A DNA stretch of 64,000 bases, from positions 32,001 through 96,000 of the forward strand of contig CAVPCT010000009.1 in NCBI GenBank assembly GCA_963702475.1, read 5' to 3'. Under the pieces are notes generated by a model. The model made no database searches. It saw only the letters and a program-made list of their open reading frames with translations, and was not told the origin of the DNA. The position numbers and the translations under genes were made by a program. Numbering within the stretch: the first letter of the stretch is position 1; every line of letters starts with the position of its first letter. Positions 54,250 through 63,811 of the stretch are shown here, one piece after another. The stretch comes from an uncultured Thermoleophilia bacterium. GTDB lineage: Bacteria > Actinomycetota > Thermoleophilia > UBA2241.

Positions 54250-55962
54250 GTGACCGACTTCCTTACTGTCGACCTGACGACGGGCTCCGCGATCCAGGGA
54301 CCCCTGGATCCCGCGTTCGTGGCGGTGGGGGGCCACGGTCTCACCTCGGCCATCGTGGAGAGGGATGTCGAACCGACGGCCGACCCGCTCGGCCCGGGCA
54401 ACGTCCTGGTTTCGCCGCCGGCGTCTTCGCCGGCACGTCGGTGCCGAACGGTCACCGGCTCTCGGTGGGCGGCAAGAGCCCGCTCACCGGCGGCATCAAG
54501 GAGGCCAACTCGGGCGGCTCGGCGGCGCGCTCGCTCGCGCAGCTCGGCCTGCGCGCGCATGGAGCTCACCGGCTGCGCGGCCGAGCTCAGCGTGCTCGAG
54601 GTGGGCGCGGGCGGGGCGAAGCTGGTGCCCGCGCCCGAGCTCGCCGGCCTCGGCTCCTACGCCACAGTCGACCTGCTGAGGGAGAAGTACGGCGACAAGG
54701 TCTCGTTCATCTGCATCGGCCCGGCCGGAGAGCTGCAGATGAAAGCCGCCGCCGTCATCGTCACCACCGCCGACCACTACCTGCGCGCCGCCGCCCGCGG
54801 CGGCCTCGGCGCCGTGATGGGGTCCAAGAACCTCAAGGCCATCGTCATCGACGGCGCCGGCGGGCCGGGCGTGTCCGTGGCCGACCCGGCGGCGCTCAAG
54901 GATGCCTCCAAGGCCCTCACCACCGGCATCCTCTCGCACCCTGCCATGGCCGCGCTCGAGGCGCTCGGCTCCGCCTTCCTCATCAACGTGACCCAGTCCA
55001 TGGGCTGCCTCGCCACGAAGAACTTCTCCGCCGGTACCTACGAAAACGCGGAGAACATCACCGGCGAGCACATGGTCGAGCTCATGAACGCGCGCCCCAT
55101 GGCCGACCCCAAGCACAGCTGCATGCGCGGCTGCATCATCAACTGCTCGCAGGTGTACACCGACGAGGACGGCACCCCCATCACCTCCGGCCTGGAGTTC
55201 GAGACCATCGGCCTCGTGGGCTCCAACTGCCTCATCGACGACATCGACCAGGTGGCGCGCATCGATCGCCTGTGTGACGACCTCGGGCTCGACACCATGG
55301 ATGTCGGGGCCGCCATGGGCGTGGCGATGGAGGCGGGGCTCCTGGCGTGGGGCGACGGCCAGGGCGCCTACGACATGCTCAGCAAGCTGACCGGCGGCGA
55401 CGAGAACGCCAGGCTGCTGGCCAGCGGCTGCGCCGTCACCGGCAGGGCGCTGGGCGTCTCGCGCGTCCCCGCCGTGAAGGGCCAGAGCTTCGCGGCCTAC
55501 GACCCGCGCGTGCTCAAGGGCACCGGCACGACGTATGCGACGGCCCCACAGGGCGCGGACCACACTTGCGGCAACGCCCTGCCCAGCCCGGCGAACCCGG
55601 CGTACGACCCGGCGTCGCCCGAGGGCCAGGCGCAGATCTCGGAGTTCCTGCAGTGCTACTTCGCGGCGATCGACTCACTCGGCATGTGCCTGTTCGCGAC
55701 GCTCCCGGCCCTCGACATCCCCGAGCTGCAGGGGCTCATGGTCGATGCGGCGCGAGCCGTCACCGGCGAGGACCTGCCCGACGACTTCCTCATCAGCATG
55801 GGCGACACGGTCGTGCGTGGGGAGCGGGAGTTCAATCGCAGGGCGGGGTTCACGGCTGCGGACGACAGGCTCCCGTCGTTCGTGATCGAGGAGGCCGTGC
55901 TGCCGTCGGGCAACCGCTACGACGTGGCGGAGGCCGACATCGACGCCATGTTCGCAGGCTGA
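54250..55962 (+). CDS. Aldehyde:ferredoxin oxidoreductase (AOR family, W/Mo-pterin), frameshifts near 5' end
   Basis: DPLGPGN, KSPLTGGIKEANSGG, IGPAGE, RGGLGAVMGSKNLKAI, CxxCxxxC, CDDLGLDT, DDRLP. Confidence 0.9.
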   Translation: MTDFLTVDLTTGSAIQGPLDPAFVAVGGHGLTSAIVERDVEPTADPLGPGNVLVSPPASSPARRCRTVTGSRWAARARSPAASRRPTRAARRRARSRSSACARMELTGCAAELSVLEVGAGGAKLVPAPELAGLGSYATVDLLREKYGDKVSFICIGPAGELQMKAAAVIVTTADHYLRAAARGGLGAVMGSKNLKAIVIDGAGGPGVSVADPAALKDASKALTTGILSHPAMAALEALGSAFLINVTQSMGCLATKNFSAGTYENAENITGEHMVELMNARPMADPKHSCMRGCIINCSQVYTDEDGTPITSGLEFETIGLVGSNCLIDDIDQVARIDRLCDDLGLDTMDVGAAMGVAMEAGLLAWGDGQGAYDMLSKLTGGDENARLLASGCAVTGRALGVSRVPAVKGQSFAAYDPRVLKGTGTTYATAPQGADHTCGNALPSPANPAYDPASPEGQAQISEFLQCYFAAIDSLGMCLFATLPALDIPELQGLMVDAARAVTGEDLPDDFLISMGDTVVRGEREFNRRAGFTAADDRLPSFVIEEAVLPSGNRYDVAEADIDAMFAG

Positions 55963-55980
55963 GGGAGGGGAGCCGTCCCG

Positions 55981-56823
55981 ATGCCACAGGAGACCCGGTC
56001 CGCTGCGAAGAAGCGCCAGACGGCGGACGGCGTCAACAGCTCCGAGCGCGGCGACGCCTTCGTGGTCCGGGCGCTCGCCAAGGGGCTCGGCATGCTGGGT
56101 CTCTTCGACGCCGTCCACCGCGAGTGGACGCTGGACGAGATGGTCGCCGAGCTTCAGCTGCCGCGCATGACCGGGTACCGCATGGCACGCACGCTGCAGA
56201 GCGCCGGCTATCTGGTGACCGACCGCACCAGCGGCCGCTACCGGCTCGGGCCGGCACTGCTGGCGTCGACCTACCTGTCCGAGGGGTACGCCGAGCTGGT
56301 CACCATCGCCCGTCCGTACATGGAGGCGCTGGTGGCCGAGACCGGTGAGTCGGCCACGCTGGCGGTCGATGTGGACGGGGTCGCGGTGTGCGTCGACATG
56401 GTCGACTCCCCGCGTCCGCACAAGCGCGAGGTCGCCGTGGGCCGCGTCATCGGTGACACGGCCAACGCCCACGGCAAGATGTTCGCGGCCTCGCTGCCGG
56501 ACGAGGAGCGGGCGCGCGTTGTGGCCACGCCTCACGCGCGCCTCACGCCCCGTACCATCACCGACCCCGACGAGCTGGCGGCCGAGCTGGAGCGCGCCCG
56601 TCGCGAGGGCGTGGCTCTCGACCTGGAGGAGCGCAACGTGGGTACCTGCGCAGTCGCGGCGCCCGTCTGCGACCAGGTCGGACGGGTCATAGGGAGCATC
56701 GGGGTGGTCGTCCCGACCGGCCGCTTCGGGCCACCCGAGCGGGAGGCGTGCATCGAGGCCGTGAAGAGAAGTGCCGCGGAGCTCTCGGCGTATCTGGGAT
56801 ACGCCGGCAGCACGCGCCGCTAG
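55981..56823 (+). CDS. IclR-family transcriptional regulator
   Basis: ALAKGLGML, LPRMTGYRMARTL, YRLGP, TANAHGK, RREG..DLEE, VAAPV. Confidence 0.92.
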   Translation: MPQETRSAAKKRQTADGVNSSERGDAFVVRALAKGLGMLGLFDAVHREWTLDEMVAELQLPRMTGYRMARTLQSAGYLVTDRTSGRYRLGPALLASTYLSEGYAELVTIARPYMEALVAETGESATLAVDVDGVAVCVDMVDSPRPHKREVAVGRVIGDTANAHGKMFAASLPDEERARVVATPHARLTPRTITDPDELAAELERARREGVALDLEERNVGTCAVAAPVCDQVGRVIGSIGVVVPTGRFGPPEREACIEAVKRSAAELSAYLGYAGSTRR

Positions 56824-56876
56824 ACAGGCGCGACGGGCAGAGCGAGCGGCGCGCCGCGAGGGCACGGCCCAGTGAG

Positions 56877-56931
56877 CGTACGTGCGACGGCGGCCGGGGG
56901 CGCAGCGCCTCCGGCCGCCGTCGCACGTACG
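56877..56931 (+). terminator. Long GC hairpin after iclR
   Basis: cgtacgtgcgacggcggccgggggcgc / gcgcctccggccgccgtcgcacgtacg; ~25-bp stem with one G-T pair. Confidence 0.65.
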
Positions 56932-56982
56932 GCCCGCCGTCCGGGCTTGTTCCGCGCGATGGCGAGGGCGGCCCGTTCCCAC

Positions 56983-57044
56983 TTGAACTGAGGCTCCCGA
57001 TGCCCTAGGCTCAGGTCTGCAAAAAGTGATATGTGAATACCATT
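56983..57044 (+). promoter_or_regulatory. sigma70-type promoter plus operator related to the AOR operator
   Basis: TTGAAC-17-TAGGCT (56983-57011); AAGTGATAT-gtga-ATACCATT at 57024-57044. Confidence 0.65.
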
Positions 57045-57059
57045 AGGAGCTCACCGCGC

Positions 57060-57145
57060 GTGCCACCAGCGAAGGGAACGTAGCGGCGATCGGAGCCGGG
57101 ACGATGGGTCCGGCGCGGGCGATCCTCGGCATCACCAGGACATGA
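57060..57145 (+). pseudogene. N-terminal relic of a 3-hydroxyacyl-CoA dehydrogenase-like gene
   Basis: After an AGGAG RBS, the frame from 57071 reads EGNVAAIGAGTMGPARAILGITRT*; GTG at 57060 is one base out of frame. Confidence 0.5.
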
Positions 57146-57170
57146 CAGAGATGGAAGGGACACGCTGACC

Positions 57171-57941
57171 ATGGAAGACATCTTCTCGCTGAAGGGCAGG
57201 AACGCCGTGGTCCTCGGGGCCGGCGGCATGGGCACGGCCATCGCCGCCGGGCTACTCCGCTACGGCGCCCGGCTCGAGATGGCCGACCGCGATGCGGCGG
57301 GTCTGGAGCGGAGCGTCAACGCCCTCGCCAAAGCGGGGCACGGCGCTGTCTTCACCCACGAGGTGGACGCCACCGACGAGGACAGCATGCAGGGGCTCGT
57401 CGACAAGACGGTGGGGAACATGGGCAGCGTCGACATCCTCGTCAACGCCCTGGGTTACAACTTCAAGGCGCACGCCACCGAGTACCCCATGGACGAGTGG
57501 GACAAGCTGTTCGCCGTCAACGTCAAGGCCGTGATGATGGCCTGCAAGCTGTTCGGCGCGCACATGATCCAGCAGGGTGGCGGCAAGATCATCAACCTCT
57601 CGTCGGTGCGCGACGACCGCGGCGCCCTCGGCGGCAACGCCGGGTACTGCGCCACCAAGGGCGCCGTCAAGATGATCACCAAGCAGCTCGGCGTCGAGTT
57701 GGCGCCGTACAAGGTCTACGTCAATGCGCTGGGTCCGATCATCACGAGGACGCCGATGACGGCCGAGCGCATCAAGCAGGACTCCTCGCGGTACGAGCGC
57801 ATGTTGCTCAACGTGCCGATGGGCCGCATGGCCGACGTCGAGGACCTTGTCGGCCCGGCCGTGTTCCTGGCCTCGTCGGCCTCCGACTTCATCACCGGCA
57901 CCGTCCTGTACGTCGACGGCGGGATGATGGCCTACGCGTGA
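57171..57941 (+). CDS. SDR-family oxidoreductase
   Basis: GAGGMG, DILVN, NLSS, YCATK, VNALGP, DGG. Confidence 0.92.
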   Translation: MEDIFSLKGRNAVVLGAGGMGTAIAAGLLRYGARLEMADRDAAGLERSVNALAKAGHGAVFTHEVDATDEDSMQGLVDKTVGNMGSVDILVNALGYNFKAHATEYPMDEWDKLFAVNVKAVMMACKLFGAHMIQQGGGKIINLSSVRDDRGALGGNAGYCATKGAVKMITKQLGVELAPYKVYVNALGPIITRTPMTAERIKQDSSRYERMLLNVPMGRMADVEDLVGPAVFLASSASDFITGTVLYVDGGMMAYA

Positions 57942-57942
57942 G

Positions 57943-59205
57943 ATGAGGGATCACGCCGGCAGAGAAGCCGCCGCAGGCGAGCTCTCGTGCGGTGCGGCGC
58001 AGCGGCACCGCACATCTGACGTCGTCATCGTCTCGGCCGTGCGCACGGCGCTCGGCCGCATCGGCGGCTCGCTCAGGGACGTCCAACCCGAGGAGCTCGG
58101 GCGGATCGTCATCGAGGAGGCGGTCAAGCGCGCCGGCGTACGACCGGCCGAGGTGGACGAGGTGATCCTCGGCCAGACCAAACAGAGTGCCGACGCCGCC
58201 AATCTGGCGCGGGTGGCGGCGCTCAAGGCCGGCTTGCCCGTCGAGGTGCCGGCCTACACGGTCATGCGCCAGTGCGGCTCCGGCCTGCAGGCGGTGCACA
58301 ACGCCGTGCAGGCCATCTGGTGCGGCGAAACTGAGGTCGTGGTCGCCGGAGGGGTCGAGAGCATGAGCCTGGCGCCGTACTACCTGCGCGGCGCCCGCTT
58401 CGGCTTCGGCGCCGGCAACAGCGTCGTCGTCGACTCCAACACCGAGAGCCAGCAGCGCTCGCAGCCGTACGAGGTGTACGGCGACCTCACGATGGGCCTG
58501 ACGGCGGAGAACCTCGCGGAGAAGTACGACATCCCGCGCGAGGCGCAGGACGCGTACGCCCTGCGCAGCCAGGAGCGCGCCTTCGCGGCCATCGAGGGCG
58601 GGCGGTTCCGGGACGAGATCGTCCCGGTGCAGCTCCCCGCCCACAAGGGGCCGCCCCAGGTATTCGATACCGACGAGTTCCCGCGCCGCACCAGTCTGGA
58701 GCAGCTGGCGGCGCTCGCGCCGGCGTTCAAGGAGGGCGGCACCGTGACGGCCGGCAACTCGTCCGGCCGCAACGACGGCGCCGCCTGCCTGGTGCTCATG
58801 CCGGCCGCGACGGCGCGCGAGCGCGGCCTCGAGCCGCTGGCCACCGTGCGCGCGCAGGCCGTGGCCGCCGTCGACCCGCGGTTCATGGGCATCGGGCCGG
58901 TCCCGGCAGCGCGCACGGCGCTGCAGAAGGCCGGCCTCAACTTCGCCGACGTCGGCCTCATCGAGGTCAACGAGGCCTTCGCCGCGCAGACGCTCGCGGT
59001 CGTGCGTGAGCTCGGCCTCGACCAGGACATCACCAACGTCAACGGCGGCGCCATCGCCCTGGGGCACCCCCTGGGCTGCTCCGGCGCCCGCATCCTCACC
59101 ACCCTGCTGTACGAGATGCGCAGGCGCGGCACGCGGTACGGCCTCGCGAGCATCTGCATCGCCGGCGGCCAGGGTATGGCCACCATCGTGGAGGCCGCCG
59201 GCTGA
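57943..59205 (+). CDS. Acetyl-CoA C-acyltransferase (classical thiolase)
   Basis: RQCGSGL, GGVESMS, TAGNSSGRNDGA, NEAF, GHPLG, CIAGGQG. Confidence 0.94.
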   Translation: MRDHAGREAAAGELSCGAAQRHRTSDVVIVSAVRTALGRIGGSLRDVQPEELGRIVIEEAVKRAGVRPAEVDEVILGQTKQSADAANLARVAALKAGLPVEVPAYTVMRQCGSGLQAVHNAVQAIWCGETEVVVAGGVESMSLAPYYLRGARFGFGAGNSVVVDSNTESQQRSQPYEVYGDLTMGLTAENLAEKYDIPREAQDAYALRSQERAFAAIEGGRFRDEIVPVQLPAHKGPPQVFDTDEFPRRTSLEQLAALAPAFKEGGTVTAGNSSGRNDGAACLVLMPAATARERGLEPLATVRAQAVAAVDPRFMGIGPVPAARTALQKAGLNFADVGLIEVNEAFAAQTLAVVRELGLDQDITNVNGGAIALGHPLGCSGARILTTLLYEMRRRGTRYGLASICIAGGQGMATIVEAAG

Positions 59206-59252
59206 CCGCGGCCTTCACCGCCGGGAGTCACAGCCTCCCCGTCCCAAGGAGA

Positions 59253-60101
59253 GTGAACCAGATGATCGGAACGATGAAGGAGAGAGAGGGTCTCACGGCC
59301 GGTGTCGTGACCGACCCGTACACCGGACTCGAGCTCTACGAGCTCAGCCACGTGTGGGGCCACGGTGTGCCGTCGGAGCCGGGCCAGACCGACGTGCGCA
59401 TGGTGCGCGCCGTCAAGCACGCCCAGCACGGCGTGCTGGCCTGGCGCGTCACCACGAGCCTGCACACCGGTACGCACATGAACGCGCCCATCCATCTCGT
59501 CCAGAAGGGCGCCGACCTGGCCGCCGTGTCGCCGGACCGCCTGTTCGGCAACGGCGCCGTGATCGACGTCCCCAAGCAGGCCTGGGAGCTCGTCACGGCC
59601 GCCGACCTCGAGGCCGCCTCGCCGGCCGTGAAGGACGGCGACGTCATCGTCGTCGTCACCGGCTGGCACCACAGGTACTCCGACGGCCTCGAGTACTACG
59701 GCCAGGCGCCGGGCCTCACGAAGGACGCCGCCGAGTGGCTTATCGCGAAGAACCCGAAGTTCGTGGCCGTGGACACGCCCTTCGTGGACGCCCCGCTGGC
59801 GACCCACATGGGTCCGCACCGCGGCGGCCCGCAGATGAAGCGCCTCGCGCCCGAGTACGCCGCCGCGACCGGCGGCGACGCCAAGAAGGACTTCCCCGAG
59901 CTGTACCCGGCCCACAGGACCATCCTCGCCGCCGGCATCCCGACGGTCGAGCAGGTCGGCGGCGACGTCGACCTCGTCAAGGGCAAGCGCGCGACCCTCG
60001 CCGCCACGCCCTGGAAGTTCGAGCACGGTGACGCCTGCCCCGTGCGCCTGGTCGCCATGATCGACCCGTCCGGCACCTGCCGTATCGGCGCCGGCGCGTG
60101 A
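59253..60101 (+). CDS. Cyclase (kynurenine formamidase-like) family protein A
   Basis: ELSH, HTGTHMNAPIH, TGW, PGL, AHRTIL..GIPTVE, GDACPVRLVA. Confidence 0.85.
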   Translation: MNQMIGTMKEREGLTAGVVTDPYTGLELYELSHVWGHGVPSEPGQTDVRMVRAVKHAQHGVLAWRVTTSLHTGTHMNAPIHLVQKGADLAAVSPDRLFGNGAVIDVPKQAWELVTAADLEAASPAVKDGDVIVVVTGWHHRYSDGLEYYGQAPGLTKDAAEWLIAKNPKFVAVDTPFVDAPLATHMGPHRGGPQMKRLAPEYAAATGGDAKKDFPELYPAHRTILAAGIPTVEQVGGDVDLVKGKRATLAATPWKFEHGDACPVRLVAMIDPSGTCRIGAGA

Positions 60102-60130
60102 CGGCCGCGGACGAGAAGGGACACGACACG

Positions 60131-60913
60131 ATGAGCCTCAAGGTCTACAACCTGAGCCACACGTTCACGCAGTTCATCCCGGAGTGGCCGTCCACGCCGA
60201 GCGTCAACGTGAAGGTGAGCAAGTTCCACGCCAAGGACGGCGTCTACGAGGTGGAGTGGGAAGGCATCATGCACCGCTGCACGCACATGGACGCCCCCCT
60301 GCACGTCACCGAGAACACCCCCAGCATCGGCGACTACCCGCTGTGGCGCCTGTTCGGCACCGGCGTGTGCGTCGACATCCCCAAGGAGAAGTGGGGCGTG
60401 ATCACGCCCGAAGACCTGGAGAACGCGACGCCCGCGATCCAGGAGGGCGACATCGTCATGATCAACACCGGCTTCCACCGCCTGTGGGCCGACACCGACG
60501 AGTACTTCGCCTACGGCTGCGGCATGGGCGCCGCGGGCGCCCAGTGGCTCGTGGACAAGAAGGTCAAGATGGTCGGTTACGGCCACCAGGCCAACGACCA
60601 CCCGATCGCCACGAAGCTCGTCGACCACGGTCTCGGGCCGTCACAGCCGCACCTCATCGACGAGTACAAGGCCGAGACCGGCCGTGACCCCAAGGAGGAC
60701 TTCCCGAGCTGGGAGCCGGCGCACAAGATCCTCATGTGCCAGGGCGGCATCCCGGGTATCGAGAACGTCGGCGGCGACCTCGACGAGGTCACCGGCAAGC
60801 GTTGCACCATCATGGCCTTCCCCTGGCGCTGGCCCGGCGGCGACGGCTGCATGGTGCGTATCCTCGCGGTGATCGACCCCGACCAGACCTTCCGTTTCGA
60901 GAGTGGGAAGTGA
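60131..60913 (+). CDS. Cyclase (kynurenine formamidase-like) family protein B
   Basis: NLSH, HRCTHMDAPLH, NTG, AHKILM..GIPGIEN, GDGCMVRILA. Confidence 0.87.
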   Translation: MSLKVYNLSHTFTQFIPEWPSTPSVNVKVSKFHAKDGVYEVEWEGIMHRCTHMDAPLHVTENTPSIGDYPLWRLFGTGVCVDIPKEKWGVITPEDLENATPAIQEGDIVMINTGFHRLWADTDEYFAYGCGMGAAGAQWLVDKKVKMVGYGHQANDHPIATKLVDHGLGPSQPHLIDEYKAETGRDPKEDFPSWEPAHKILMCQGGIPGIENVGGDLDEVTGKRCTIMAFPWRWPGGDGCMVRILAVIDPDQTFRFESGK

Positions 60914-60914
60914 C

Positions 60915-62126
60915 ATGAGCGACATCCTGAACGGCGTCAGAGTCATCGAGATGGGGCACGTCGTGGCCGTGCCCGCGGCCTCGTCCATGATGGGCGACTG
61001 CGGCGCCGACGTGATCAAGATCGAGCCCCTCACCGGCGACCAGTCCCGCACCTTCCGCGGCACCGACATCAACCCTGGTTTCTACCTGCACAACCGCAGC
61101 AAGAAGAGCATCGCCATCGATCTGCGGCAGCAGGCGGGCAAGGACATCGTCTACAAGATGGTCGCCGACCACGACGTGTTCCTGACCAACTACCAGGCCG
61201 GCTCGCTCGGGCGCCTCGGGCTCGACTACGAGACCCTGGTGGGCTACAAGGCCGACCTCATCTACGGCATCGTCTCCGCCTACGGCACCGTGGGCCCCGA
61301 CAAGGACATGCCCGGGTACGACTTCGCCGCCGGCTGGGCGCGGTCCGGCATCCAGGACATGCTCAGCGCGCCCGGCAAGCAGCCGCCGGCCTCCCGGCCC
61401 GGCATCATCGACCGCGTGTCGAGCATGCAGATCTTCGGCGGCATGTGCGCGGCGCTCTACCACCGCGAGCACACCGGCGAGGGCCAGAAGGTCGAGTTCA
61501 ACCTGTACCACACCGGCGTGTGGATGGTCGGCGCCGACATCATGGACGCGCTCATGGGGCTGCCGCTGCGGCGCATCGACCCCGAGAAGTCCGACAACCC
61601 GTTCTACGACGTGTACCAGTGCAAGGACGGGCGCTGGCTGCAGCTCACGGCCGCCGACCGCTACGCCAAGGCGCACGACCCGGTCGGGGCCAAGTTCTGG
61701 CAGTCGTTCTGCCGCGTGCTCGACCGTCCGGACCTGGCCGAGGACCCGCGCTTCGCCACCACCGACATGCGCCAGCAGCACCGCAACGTGCTCTCGCCGA
61801 TCATCAACGAGGCCTTTCTGCAGCGCACCTACGCGGAGTGGGAGGAGCGCCTGCGCGCCGAGAGCCTCATGTACGGACCCATCCTCACGCCCGAGCAGGT
61901 CATCGAGGACCCGCAGGCCGAGGCCAACGACTTCTTCGTGGAGGTCGATCAGCCCGGCGTCGGCACGTTCCGCACCATCAACTCGCCCTACAAGTTCGTC
62001 CAGAACCCCGCCTACATCCACTCGCTCACGCCCGGTCTCGGCGAGCAGACCGACGAGATCCTCCACGATCTGGGCTACCGCGACGGGGATATCACAGAGC
62101 TGCGGGAGGCCAAGGTCATCGTCTGA
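60915..62126 (+). CDS. Family III (CaiB/BaiF) CoA-transferase
   Basis: GADVIKIEP..GD, NRSKKSIAIDL, LGLDYETL, PGYD, GIID catalytic Asp, PGLGEQT. Confidence 0.92.
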   Translation: MSDILNGVRVIEMGHVVAVPAASSMMGDCGADVIKIEPLTGDQSRTFRGTDINPGFYLHNRSKKSIAIDLRQQAGKDIVYKMVADHDVFLTNYQAGSLGRLGLDYETLVGYKADLIYGIVSAYGTVGPDKDMPGYDFAAGWARSGIQDMLSAPGKQPPASRPGIIDRVSSMQIFGGMCAALYHREHTGEGQKVEFNLYHTGVWMVGADIMDALMGLPLRRIDPEKSDNPFYDVYQCKDGRWLQLTAADRYAKAHDPVGAKFWQSFCRVLDRPDLAEDPRFATTDMRQQHRNVLSPIINEAFLQRTYAEWEERLRAESLMYGPILTPEQVIEDPQAEANDFFVEVDQPGVGTFRTINSPYKFVQNPAYIHSLTPGLGEQTDEILHDLGYRDGDITELREAKVIV

Positions 62127-62159
62127 CCGGGGCACGCAGCCGTACCTAAGGAGCCAAGC

Positions 62160-62609
62160 ATGTCAGACGCAGAAGCCGGCGGACCCAGGCGGGTGCTGCT
62201 CGGTGACGGGCTGTTCACGCCGACCGAACCGGGCGAGGACGGCCAGATCATCGCGACGCACTGCAAGAGCTGCGGCGACTACTTCTTTCCGCGCAGCTTC
62301 ACCTGCCACAACCCCGACTGTGTGGAGCGTGACGTCGAGGACGTCGCCCTCAGCGGCACCGGTGTGGTCGACACCTACTCCGACATGAGCTACCCGCCGC
62401 CGCCGCCGTTCGTGGTGAAGAAGGAGGACTGGGTCCCGACGCCGGTCGTCTCGGTGAAGATGCCGGAGGGCATCCACATCATCGGCATGATGGACGACTG
62501 CACGCCCGAAGAGGTCTCCATCGGCATGGTGGTCCAGACCGTCATCCGTGTGCTCTACACCAACAAGAACGGCGAAGAGCTCGTCGGCTGGAAGTTCAGG
62601 AAGGTGTGA
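62160..62609 (+). CDS. DUF35 Zn-ribbon/OB-fold protein
   Basis: CKSCG..FFP..CHNPDC, LSGTGVVDTYS, VSIGMVV; overlaps the downstream thiolase. Confidence 0.88.
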   Translation: MSDAEAGGPRRVLLGDGLFTPTEPGEDGQIIATHCKSCGDYFFPRSFTCHNPDCVERDVEDVALSGTGVVDTYSDMSYPPPPPFVVKKEDWVPTPVVSVKMPEGIHIIGMMDDCTPEEVSIGMVVQTVIRVLYTNKNGEELVGWKFRKV

Positions 62610-63799
62610 CAGTGGACGACATCGCCATCATCGGAGTAGGCCTGCACCCCTGGGGCAAGTTCCCCGAGAAGTTCTGGACCAACATGGCGTCCGACGCCAT
62701 CAACGACGCCCTCAAAGACGCCGGCATCACCTGGAAGGACATCCAGATCGTGGTCTCCGGCTCGCAGAACTGGGGCGGCCGCAAAGGCATCTACGCCGGC
62801 TCGTACATCGACGAAGTGATGGGCTACACCGGCGTGCCCACCATGAACATCAACAACGCCTGCGCCACCGGCGGCACCTGCATCGCCGTGGCCGCCGCCA
62901 TGGTGGCCTCCGGCCAGGCCGACGTGGTGCTGGCCGTGGCCGCCGACAAGTCGGCCAAGGGCTTCTTCCCGTTCCTGCCGCCGTACCACGAGGAGCCGGT
63001 GCCGGCCGACGACACCATGCGCTGGCTCATGGGCATGCCCAACCCCGTGTACTGGGCGCTCGAGTGCCGCAAGAAGATGGACAGGTTCGGTATCACCGAC
63101 GAGGACCTGGCCGGGGTCAAGGTCGCGACCAGCAAGCACGGCTCCCTCAACCCGGCGGCGCGCTACAAGAAGGAGTTCACCCTCGAGGAGGTGCTCGCCT
63201 CGCCGATGGTGTGCAACCCGCTGCGCCTGTTCGAGATCTGCGCCACCAGCGACGGCGCCGGCGCCGTGATCCTCTGCAACGCCAAGAAAGCGAAGCAGTA
63301 CACGAGCAAGCCCATCTCCATCGTGGGCTCCGGCCTCGGCAGCCCGCTGTACGGCGACCCGACCACCCGGATCCCCGTGCTCGGCTTCCAGCCCAAGGAG
63401 GGCATGCCGATCATCAGCGAGAGCTACGTGGCCGCCAGGGCCGCCTTCGCCGACGCCGGCATGGGCCCCGAGGACATCGACTTCGTCGAGGTCCCGGACA
63501 ACAGCTCGTGGCACTACTTCCAATACCTCGAGACCATGGGTTTCTTCGAGGAGGGCACCGCCCACCTTGCTCTGCGGAACGGCGACACCGTGATCGGCGG
63601 CAAGCTGCCGGTGTGCCCCAGCGGCGGCTTCTCGAGCTTTGGCGAAGCCACCATGGCCCAGGGCTTCGCCCAGGTGTACGAGATGGTGCTGCAGCTGCGC
63701 GGCCAGTGCGGCGCACGGCAGGTCGAGGGTGCCAAGGTCGGTATGTCCGAGGTCTACGGCATGGCCGGCAACAACGCCGCCCTGATCCTGAAGAGCTGA
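62606..63799 (+). CDS. SCP2/Ltp-type thiolase-family protein
   Basis: IGVGLHPWGK, NNACATGG, NPAARY, ICATSDGAGAV, PSGG, QLRG. Confidence 0.9.
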   Translation: MTVDDIAIIGVGLHPWGKFPEKFWTNMASDAINDALKDAGITWKDIQIVVSGSQNWGGRKGIYAGSYIDEVMGYTGVPTMNINNACATGGTCIAVAAAMVASGQADVVLAVAADKSAKGFFPFLPPYHEEPVPADDTMRWLMGMPNPVYWALECRKKMDRFGITDEDLAGVKVATSKHGSLNPAARYKKEFTLEEVLASPMVCNPLRLFEICATSDGAGAVILCNAKKAKQYTSKPISIVGSGLGSPLYGDPTTRIPVLGFQPKEGMPIISESYVAARAAFADAGMGPEDIDFVEVPDNSSWHYFQYLETMGFFEEGTAHLALRNGDTVIGGKLPVCPSGGFSSFGEATMAQGFAQVYEMVLQLRGQCGARQVEGAKVGMSEVYGMAGNNAALILKS

Positions 63800-63811
63800 C
63801 GAGGAGGGCCC

